Origin: Kiritimatiellia bacterium
Lineage (GTDB): Bacteria > Verrucomicrobiota > Kiritimatiellia > RFP12 > UBA1067
Direction of reading: 5' to 3'
Length of the DNA stretch: 64,000 nucleotides
Assembly: GCA_027858965.1 (NCBI GenBank)
Contig: JAQIBS010000107.1
Location: forward strand, 35,617-99,616
Shown one piece after another: positions 48,633 to 56,290 of the stretch. The first letter of the stretch is position 1. Each line of letters opens with the position of its first letter. Under the pieces are notes generated by a model. That model ran no database searches and was not told the origin of the DNA. It saw nothing but the letters and a program-made list of their open reading frames with translations. Made by a program: the position numbers and the translations under genes.

Positions 48633-51281
48633 TTAATCCAGTATTTCCCGTACCTTAACGGCAAGATCCTGGATTGTAAAAGGCTTCTGAATGAAGTGCA
48701 CGCCCTTCTCGATAAGGCCCTGTTTGATGATGATGTCGGCCGTGTAGCCGGACATGAACATATGCTTGATTTCCGGGTGCAACAGGGTGAGATGGGTGGC
48801 TAGGTCCAGGCCGTTCATTTGGGGCATGACCACGTCGGTCAGCAGCAGACTGATCTCTTCGGTGTACTTTTCCGCCACCGCGATGGCCTCGTTCGGGAGG
48901 CCAGCCTTCAGAACACGGTAGCCCAGACCTTCCAGCATTTGCTTGCCCAGTTTCAGGATCGACGCTTCGTCCTCCACGAGCAGTATGGTTTCGTGGCCGC
49001 GGAGGGCCGCTTTCGCCGAGTCGGAGGTCGGTAGTTGCACGGCTTCGCCAAAGTGCCGGGGCAGGCAGAGTCTGAAGGTTGTCCCTTTTTCCGGTATGCT
49101 GGTGAGGTTGATGCAACCTTTGTTCTGCATGACGATGCCGTACACAGTGGCCAGGCCCAGCCCCGTGCCCTCGCCGACTTCCTTGGTGGTGTAGAATGGC
49201 TCGAAGATGTGTTTGATCGTCTCCGGATCCATGCCGCAGCCGGTGTCGCTGACAGAGATCGTCACGTATTCGCCGGGGACGAGATCCGTGTTCTTGGCGC
49301 AGAAGTTAGCGTCGGCGGTCAGGGTGCTGGTCTCGACCTTGAGCTTGCCCACCCCCGCGATGGCGTCGCGGGCGTTGACGCACAGGTTGGCCAGGATCTG
49401 GTCGATCTGCGCGGGATCCATCTTGACGGTTGTGTCTGCTGCCGTCGGCTGCCAGGTGAGGTCTATATTCTCGCCGATCAGCCGCCGCAGCATCATGAGC
49501 ATCCCGGACACGGTTTCGTTCAGGTCGAGCACTTTGGGCGTCATGGTCTGCTTGCGGGCGAACGCCAAGAGTTGGCGGGTCAGGTCGGCTGCACGGTTTG
49601 CGGCCTTCCGGCTCTCGGTCAGATCGTTGTGCAGCGCTGTCTCGGGATCGATCTCGTTCAGGGCCATATTCGTATAGCCGAGGATGACCTGGAGCATGTT
49701 GTTGAAATCGTGCGCCACGCCGCCGGCCAGTCGTCCGATGGATTCCATTTTTAGTGCCTGTTGCAACTGGGCTTCTGTTTTGCGCTGTTCGGTGATGTCT
49801 ATATACGCGCCAAGGATGCCGATGATTTGCCCTTGCGAGTTGCGCAGGGGAACTTTGCTCGTGAGAAGGATAATGGTTTCCCCTTCGGGTGTTGTCTGGG
49901 GTTCTTCTCTATCTAGAATCGTTTCGCCCTCGATGACCCGGAGGTCATCCGCGTTGTACATCTCCGCCAGATCTTTCCACTCCATATGGATATCATTTTT
50001 CCCAACGATTTCTTGCGGATTGGAAAAGCCCGCATCGAGCGCGAACGCTTTGTTGCATCCCAGATAAAGGAGATTGATGTCTTTCCAGAATACCCGGACG
50101 GGGATTGTGTTAAGGATGTCTTTGATGAGTTTCTGCGATTCGCGCAGCGCATCTTCGGCCTGTTTTTGTTCGGTGATGTCGCGCTTGACGGCCACGTAAT
50201 TGACGGTTTTGTCTGCGTCGTCGAGCACTGGAGAAATCGTTGCTTCTTCAGTATAGAAACTTCCGTCCTTGCGTTTGTTGACAAAGCGTCCTTTCCAGGT
50301 TTTGCCGTCGGTGAGGGTCTGCCACATATCGCGATAGAACGCCTCGTCCTGCTGACCGCTCTTCAAGATGCGTGGGTTTTTTCCTATTGCCTCTGTGCAC
50401 GAATAGCCCGACGTCTGTTTAAAGGCCGGGTTGGCGTACTGGATGGCTCCTTCCTCATCGGTGATGAATATGGTCTCGGCGGCCTGTTCGATGGCCTGCA
50501 TCAAACGCTCGTGTTTGGCCTCGGACTGCTTGTCATTAGTAATGTCGCGTAAGACATGCACCGCGCCGGTATATTTTCCGTCTGCATCCAGAATGGGATC
50601 TATAGTCACCATATACCAGAAATCACCAATCTGAAGTTCCTTGGTTTCGCGTTGCAAACTTTCTTTTGCTCGCACAAAGGGACAATCAGCGATCGGCCCG
50701 GTTATGCCATGCACGACTTCCCAGCACCGGGTTTCCCCCTCGCGAGCGGAGGATGGGAACAGCCGGTCCGCCTGCCTGTTCGAGCGCACGATCCGATGCT
50801 CCTCATCGAGTAGCCAGATTCCGTCGTTGGAGGCGTTAAATGTGCTGTGCCATTCCTTCGCTATCCGGGCCAGCGTCTCCTCGGACTGCTTGCGCTCGCG
50901 TCGCTCGACGGTTTCGTGCAGCCCGCGTTTGATCGCCGGGCCTAACCGTGTGAGATTGTCCTTCATGATGTAGTCGCTCGCGCCGGCTCGCATGGCGGTT
51001 ACCGCGACATCCTCGCCGATGGTGCCGGAGATGAGGATGATCGACAGGTCCAGCTCGCGCTCCTTTAGCAATTTTATCGCCTTTATCCCATCGAATTGCG
51101 GCAGGTTGTAGTCTACCAGAATGATATCCCAGCCTTGGTTGAGTTGGGCTAGATAATCGGCTTCCGTCTGCACTACCAAAATTTCGGGAGCAAAGCCTTC
51201 CGCCACCAATGTCTCGCGGATCATCTCGACATCCGCCGGATCATCTTCCAGATACAGGATACGCAACGGTTTTTTTTTCAT
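48633..51281 (-). CDS. Hybrid sensor histidine kinase: REC, PAS x3, HisKA, HATPase_c, REC
   Basis: N-terminal receiver (ILYLEDDPADVEM...DYNLPQFDG), H-box AGGVAHDFNNML, G-box SDTGCGMD and a C-terminal receiver (ILLVEDE...DVVMPQMNG). Confidence 0.85.
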   Translation of the reverse strand: MKKKPLRILYLEDDPADVEMIRETLVAEGFAPEILVVQTEADYLAQLNQGWDIILVDYNLPQFDGIKAIKLLKERELDLSIILISGTIGEDVAVTAMRAGASDYIMKDNLTRLGPAIKRGLHETVERRERKQSEETLARIAKEWHSTFNASNDGIWLLDEEHRIVRSNRQADRLFPSSAREGETRCWEVVHGITGPIADCPFVRAKESLQRETKELQIGDFWYMVTIDPILDADGKYTGAVHVLRDITNDKQSEAKHERLMQAIEQAAETIFITDEEGAIQYANPAFKQTSGYSCTEAIGKNPRILKSGQQDEAFYRDMWQTLTDGKTWKGRFVNKRKDGSFYTEEATISPVLDDADKTVNYVAVKRDITEQKQAEDALRESQKLIKDILNTIPVRVFWKDINLLYLGCNKAFALDAGFSNPQEIVGKNDIHMEWKDLAEMYNADDLRVIEGETILDREEPQTTPEGETIILLTSKVPLRNSQGQIIGILGAYIDITEQRKTEAQLQQALKMESIGRLAGGVAHDFNNMLQVILGYTNMALNEIDPETALHNDLTESRKAANRAADLTRQLLAFARKQTMTPKVLDLNETVSGMLMMLRRLIGENIDLTWQPTAADTTVKMDPAQIDQILANLCVNARDAIAGVGKLKVETSTLTADANFCAKNTDLVPGEYVTISVSDTGCGMDPETIKHIFEPFYTTKEVGEGTGLGLATVYGIVMQNKGCINLTSIPEKGTTFRLCLPRHFGEAVQLPTSDSAKAALRGHETILLVEDEASILKLGKQMLEGLGYRVLKAGLPNEAIAVAEKYTEEISLLLTDVVMPQMNGLDLATHLTLLHPEIKHMFMSGYTADIIIKQGLIEKGVHFIQKPFTIQDLAVKVREILD

Positions 51282-51295
51282 ACAGACTCTTCTTT

Positions 51296-51760
51296 CTAGT
51301 GCGTCAACGACGGGCTATTCGAATTGGTGAGCGGCGATTCATTCAATGCCACCCAGAAGATACCCAGCGACTTGACCGCATCGATAAACTGGTGAAAATC
51401 AACTGGCTTAACCACATAGGCGTTGACCCCGAGTTTGTAGCTGGTAATCAAATCTCGTTCCTCCCGGGACGACGTAAGCATGACAACGGGCAGCAGCTTC
51501 ATCTTCTCGTCGGCCTTGATTTGGCGTAACACATCGAGGCCGTTGACTTTGGGTAGTTTGAGATCTAGAATCACCACGGCAGGGTTGCAGTCGTTCCGCG
51601 TCTGGAAGTTTCCTCGGCGATACAGATAATCTAAGGCCTCTTCACCGTCACGGGCGACGTCGATCCCGTTAGATAACTGGTATTCTTTAAGGGCGGTAAG
51701 GGTCAGTTCGACATCCTTGGGATCGTCTTCAACTAGGAGAATCCGTTTTATTTTGTTCAT
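51296..51760 (-). CDS. Single-domain response regulator (CheY-like receiver)
   Basis: ILLVEDDPKDVEL...ILDLKLPKVNG...VVMLTSS...KP receiver motifs. Confidence 0.85.
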   Translation of the reverse strand: MNKIKRILLVEDDPKDVELTLTALKEYQLSNGIDVARDGEEALDYLYRRGNFQTRNDCNPAVVILDLKLPKVNGLDVLRQIKADEKMKLLPVVMLTSSREERDLITSYKLGVNAYVVKPVDFHQFIDAVKSLGIFWVALNESPLTNSNSPSLTH

Positions 51761-51940
51761 AATCGTCCTTCTTTCTGTGCGAGCTAAGGGCCAACGCGAA
51801 AACTTATAAATTTATTTCCTCGCAGACCCTAAGATGCAGAACCCCAGGTACGGGATATGGCTTTGTCCAGTGAAACACCCGAGAACGGATCATGCATATC
51901 AATTTGAAATGAATAATAATTTATGTATATAGAATTATGC
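51761..51940 (-). promoter_or_regulatory. Leader/promoter region of the RR/hybrid-HK unit; about 85% identical to the leader of the sensor gene at 59001-59175
   Basis: Duplicated block GATATGC(A/G)(T/C)GATCCGTTCTCGGGT...GGACAA(C/A)GCCATATCC...GCATCTTAGGGTCTGCG(C/A)GGAAATAAAT...CACAGAAAGAAGGACGA, placed directly before each start codon. Confidence 0.55.
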
Positions 51941-52000
51941 CTTTTGGCACAAAAAGAGTCAAGCCTATTTTTCCTGTTCAATAGACGCGCGTTGCTGATA

Positions 52001-52124
52001 GCGCTATGGGCCGTATGAGCCCTATGTGTTTCCCTCTTCGCCTTTGACGAAGACAAGCGACTACGCACCTCGTCGCCAAAGGCGACTTACATTAGGCCCC
52101 TTCGGCCCATCTGGCCCATAACGC
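52001..52124 (-). mobile_element. Second copy of the MITE-like element, inverted relative to 48496-48628
   Basis: The reverse complement aligns with the left copy. The TIR GCGCTATGGGCCGTATGAGCC ... GGCCCATCTGGCCCATAACGC is present. Confidence 0.7.
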
Positions 52125-52190
52125 TATCAGCAGAGAGCACCACAACTTACAATTTACAGAGCGCAGCGACTCCACTCGGATACCCTTTTT

Positions 52191-54164
52191 TCATAGAGAT
52201 TCGCCCGAGTCGTCTTTTGCAACCGAATCATGCGCTGTTATTCCCGCGTCTTCAAGCTGCGTGCACAAGTTCTTGATAATCAGCTTCAGCTCAGCCATGC
52301 GGTTTTCACGGCCCGCCATGACATTGACTACTTGTCGAAGTTCCTTCGTGCGCTCTAAAACTTCGCTCTCAAGAGTTGCTTGATGGCGCGCAAGAGCCTT
52401 TTCGGCCTGCTTACGGGCAGTGATGTCGCGCCCGATGCCTAATATGCCGAGCAGACTGCCGTCATGTCCGTAAATTGGCGTTTTAATGGTTTCGATCTGC
52501 TCAACATGGCCATCACTCAAAAAGGTTAGCTCTTCTTCGTTCATCGAGGGGCCGCCTTTTTTTATGGCGCGACGGTCATTTTCAAGGAAAAAATCCGCTG
52601 TATCTTTCGGCATGAAGTCATAGTCCGTGCGTCCGACGATGCTTTCTTTTTCAGCCCCAAAAAACTGTTCGAACCGCTGGTTACAAAGAAGATAGACCCC
52701 CTTGTCATCCTTCAACCACATCAGATCGGGACTGGTATCCACGACATCGCGTAGCATTTTACGGCTCTTATCGAGTTCCATTTCCGCTTGTTTTTGTTCC
52801 GTAATATCCTGATTGGTGCCGACCATACGTTCGGGATGACCGCCTTTATTGTAGAGAACATTCGCGTGAGCTCGGATCTGCCGGATCTCCCCATCAGGAC
52901 GAATGATGCGGAGGGAGGTGTCGTATTCATTTTTGCCTTTCACCGCCGCGCTGATTTCGGCATCCGCACTCTCCAGGTCGTCCGGGTGAACGCAATGCTT
53001 CCAGGCCTCATACGCGCCGCCGAATGCGTTCCTGGAGACCCCGTAGATTTCATACATTCGGTCGTCCCAGACCAATTGATTGGTGATCAAATTTAAATCC
53101 CACACCCCGATGCCGCCCGCCTGTGTTGCAATATTAAAGCGTTGGTTGGCGGTATGCAGCGCGACGGTATGTTTGCGGACCTCTCTTTTCAGGAAAATGA
53201 TCCAAATGAACACTCCTGCTGTAACCAACAGAAAAATGCAAATGGTAAATATGAAATAATTTCGTATTCGTGACCAGTCTGTGGAGTTGTCAAGCGGGCT
53301 GAGCCATTGGGTATGGATTCGGCGGTATTCACCGGAGGCATGGAGTTCCGCCAAACCGGTGTTGATCAGGTTTAAGAGTTCCGTCCGTCCGTGGGGCACG
53401 GCCAAGCAGTATTCGAACGAAACAAGACGCGGTTCGGCGACGTGCAGGTGGGTCCATTGGTTTTTCCTGATCCAGTAATTTCCCTGAATCATGGAACAGA
53501 TCGTGTAATCAACCTCTCCATTTTGAAGTAGAGCCAGCGCCTGTTGCGGATCAGTAACGGGAACCAGACGGGATGAAAGATTCTGTTTCAAGGCAAAGTC
53601 GTGTGTTATGTCGCCTTCAACAACAGCCACCCGGCGGTTTTTCATCGCATCGCGCGAGTCATACCGAGGGGAATCATTCCGGGCGAAAACGGCCTGGTGG
53701 TTCAAAAGGAGCGGTGAGGCAAAATCCAGCAGCTGTGCGCGGTTTTTTGAATAATACATGGTTGCGATGTCTAAGTGGCCTGAATTGACCTTTTGTCGCA
53801 CCTGATTCCAGGGCGTCAGCTCCAAAACAATATTTATCCCGGTCTGGCGCGATAGCGCTCGAATCAGATCGATATTAAATCCGGCTGGCCGGCCTTTTTT
53901 ATCGATAAACTCAAAGGGATAGAAGTCATGGTCACCCGCATAGACAAGAATGTTGGATCTTTCATTTTCATATCCAATGGTTTCCATCCACTTTTTGTGT
54001 ATTTGGTGGGCTGTTCCGTCGGGGTTAACAAGGGAGAAGGGCGGATAACACGGTTCCGCGGCGGAATGCAACGGCTTACCCTGCAAGGGAACGGTACAGA
54101 ATAAAAGCGAGAGCAGTATCACAGAATAAACCAGAACGGAGGGTTTTGGACTCTTTCTATTCAT
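52191..54164 (-). CDS. Kinase-less sensor: periplasmic family-3 solute-binding domain, TM, two PAS domains, and a C-terminal signalling-helix tail
   Basis: Signal peptide, an SBP_bac_3-like region, the TM helix FIFTICIFLLVTAGVFIWIIFL, PAS motifs, and termination after ERTKELRQVVNVMAGRENRMAELK with no HisKA or HATPase domain. Confidence 0.7.
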   Translation of the reverse strand: MNRKSPKPSVLVYSVILLSLLFCTVPLQGKPLHSAAEPCYPPFSLVNPDGTAHQIHKKWMETIGYENERSNILVYAGDHDFYPFEFIDKKGRPAGFNIDLIRALSRQTGINIVLELTPWNQVRQKVNSGHLDIATMYYSKNRAQLLDFASPLLLNHQAVFARNDSPRYDSRDAMKNRRVAVVEGDITHDFALKQNLSSRLVPVTDPQQALALLQNGEVDYTICSMIQGNYWIRKNQWTHLHVAEPRLVSFEYCLAVPHGRTELLNLINTGLAELHASGEYRRIHTQWLSPLDNSTDWSRIRNYFIFTICIFLLVTAGVFIWIIFLKREVRKHTVALHTANQRFNIATQAGGIGVWDLNLITNQLVWDDRMYEIYGVSRNAFGGAYEAWKHCVHPDDLESADAEISAAVKGKNEYDTSLRIIRPDGEIRQIRAHANVLYNKGGHPERMVGTNQDITEQKQAEMELDKSRKMLRDVVDTSPDLMWLKDDKGVYLLCNQRFEQFFGAEKESIVGRTDYDFMPKDTADFFLENDRRAIKKGGPSMNEEELTFLSDGHVEQIETIKTPIYGHDGSLLGILGIGRDITARKQAEKALARHQATLESEVLERTKELRQVVNVMAGRENRMAELKLIIKNLCTQLEDAGITAHDSVAKDDSGESL

Positions 54165-54177
54165 GATTAGACTCCTT

Positions 54178-56133
54178 CTAAATCGTTATTTTTTCCATGT
54201 TATTGGTTAGTTTTGGGAGTGAGAAATAGAAGGTGGACCCTTCGTTCAGCACACTCTCGGCCCAAGTGCGGCCGCCGTGACGTTGGATGATGCGCTGCAC
54301 ATTGGCCAGCCCGATGCCGGTGCCTTCAAATTGTTCCATGCTATGTAGACGCTGAAAAACCCCGAAAAGTTTTTCGACATACTTCATATCGAACCCGACG
54401 CCGTTATCACGGATGAAGAAGATGGTTTCGTGCTCATTCTGCGTATATCCCATTTGAATTTTCGCCTCGTCGCGCGGCCTGGTAAACTTTAGCGCGTTGG
54501 AGAACAGATTCGTCAGCACTGCATGCAGCAGAACCCGGTCAGCGTTGGCATGCGGCAGGGGAGCGAGGTCCCAAAGGATTCGCCGGCCCTGTATATCGGG
54601 GGTCAAGCCGTTGATAACCTTCTTCACCAGCGCATCGAGATTCACCGGCTTCCTGTGCAGCGCTTTGCGTCCCGTCCGCGAAAAGTCCAGTAGACCGTCA
54701 ATCAATCGGCCCATCTGCACGGCGGATTCGGAAATAAAGGTAAGATGCCGCCGGGCCTTTTCATCGAGATTCACTTGATCGTTATTTTGTAGCAACTCGG
54801 AAAATCCCGTGAGATGGCGGAGTGGCGCACGCAAATCGTGCGAGACCGAGTAAGCGAAAGCTTCCATCTCCTTGTTTGCGTCCTTAAGGGCTTGTGTGGT
54901 TCGCTCCAGACGGACTTGTGCAGACTGCAGATCTTCCAGCAGGTTGATCATCGCGCTGTTGAGTTGCTCCGCCTCGTTTGTTCGCGTGGTCAGTTCCGCG
55001 GTCCGCTCCTCAACGCGCTTCTCGAGCCGGGCATGCGCGGTCTCCAATTCTGCCTGCGTCCGTTTAAGCTCAGTGATGTCCACCCACTGGCATATAACGT
55101 TCGTCAGTTGTCCTTTGTCGTCCAGTATGGGGAACATTGAGACATCGATGGATAGATTGGGTGCGCCGTCGATGTCCCCGTCGTCGACATCTGCGGCCCG
55201 CCAGATCATACTGAAGCGACTGGACCTGTGTTTTTCGAAGACGGCCAGTACCTGGGGCGTGACCCCCTGGGCCTTCAAATTCATGTCTTTGAGAACATTG
55301 TATTTCCCCACGAGCTTCTCGTCGGTTAGGTTCAGTGTTTTCCGCAAAGAACTATTCGTCCTTATGATCGTTCCCTCCCTATCTGAGATCCACATGGAAA
55401 AGGGGCTCATGTTGATGACTGTATCGAGAAATGTGTTAGTGGTGTGGGCCTCTCTCTCCTGCTGTTTGCGTTGCTCAATTTCGTGCTCCAGGGTACGCGA
55501 GTGCGACTCCAGCTTCTCTATAAGGGGGGGCCCAAGTCGGGATAACAGCGCCACGCCGACCAGAATAACAAGCATGGCAAAGCCGAGTGCCGCCATTCCT
55601 GACCTAATGAATGGCGTGCGAATCTCCGCGATGTCGATCTTTGCCACAATCCCGAGGCCCAGTATGGCGACCGGCTCGTAGGCGGCCACTACCGTTTCGC
55701 CCCTATAATCGAGGCCTATGAGGGTTCCTGACATTCCCTTGAGTGCCCGACGCATGGGTTCGGCCAGGCTCGAAGCGAAATCCAATGGGGGAGGATGCCC
55801 GACACCGCCGTGTCGATGCCGGAGGATGAAATTGATGGATTCGCCATCGCGTCGTGCCAGTGTGAATTCGCCGGTCTCTCCGATGCCTGCAAAGCGTCGA
55901 TGCGCATCGACAATCTGACTTAATGTCGTCGACTGGGGGTTGTGGTCGGTAGCAATACTTCCATCTTCCCGCTTCGCATTGGAGTCATGTCGTGCGATCG
56001 CCTCAATCAAACATGCCTGGCTCTGCGCTGTGGCTATCAGCATCTGTCGATGGCTATTGAGATTATGGCGATAGAGAATGGTGGACATCACTATCAGAGA
56101 CATGGCGCAGGCTCCTACCATAGTGGCTGCCAT
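54178..56133 (-). CDS. Sensor histidine kinase (periplasmic sensor, TM, PAS, HisKA, HATPase_c)
   Basis: ERTAEL linker, H-box AYSVSHDLRAPLRHL, N/G boxes (IRDNGVGFD, GTGIGLANV). The start was set at the internal ATG at 56133 to avoid overlap with the upstream gene. Confidence 0.8.
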   Translation of the reverse strand: MAATMVGACAMSLIVMSTILYRHNLNSHRQMLIATAQSQACLIEAIARHDSNAKREDGSIATDHNPQSTTLSQIVDAHRRFAGIGETGEFTLARRDGESINFILRHRHGGVGHPPPLDFASSLAEPMRRALKGMSGTLIGLDYRGETVVAAYEPVAILGLGIVAKIDIAEIRTPFIRSGMAALGFAMLVILVGVALLSRLGPPLIEKLESHSRTLEHEIEQRKQQEREAHTTNTFLDTVINMSPFSMWISDREGTIIRTNSSLRKTLNLTDEKLVGKYNVLKDMNLKAQGVTPQVLAVFEKHRSSRFSMIWRAADVDDGDIDGAPNLSIDVSMFPILDDKGQLTNVICQWVDITELKRTQAELETAHARLEKRVEERTAELTTRTNEAEQLNSAMINLLEDLQSAQVRLERTTQALKDANKEMEAFAYSVSHDLRAPLRHLTGFSELLQNNDQVNLDEKARRHLTFISESAVQMGRLIDGLLDFSRTGRKALHRKPVNLDALVKKVINGLTPDIQGRRILWDLAPLPHANADRVLLHAVLTNLFSNALKFTRPRDEAKIQMGYTQNEHETIFFIRDNGVGFDMKYVEKLFGVFQRLHSMEQFEGTGIGLANVQRIIQRHGGRTWAESVLNEGSTFYFSLPKLTNNMEKITI

Positions 56134-56290
56134 AGCCACCAACCTGTCCCGCGCCCCCCTGTTCTTTGCAAAGGATTTCTTAGACAGGATTACAGGATTA
56201 ACCCGTCTCCGCCCGCAAGCGGGGCTACGCCGTGGCACAGCAGGATTATTATGCTTCGTTGTATTGCATTTATCTTTATAAATTTTTTTG

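Noticed and set aside
49035-50552. Long antisense ORFs inside the hybrid-kinase gene (for example 49035..49754 and 49986..50552), and similar antisense ORFs inside the esterase gene (29488..30243) and the LamG2 gene (33332..33817)
   Set aside because: They lie opposite strongly supported domain-bearing genes, have low-complexity or biased composition, and have no ribosome-binding sites. They are typical shadow ORFs.
48552-52068. ORFs 48552..48803 and 51829..52068 (both beginning MRSRLSS..KRETHRAH) considered as a duplicated small protein
   Set aside because: Both are just translations of the two inverted copies of the MITE-like element; their similarity comes from the repeat.
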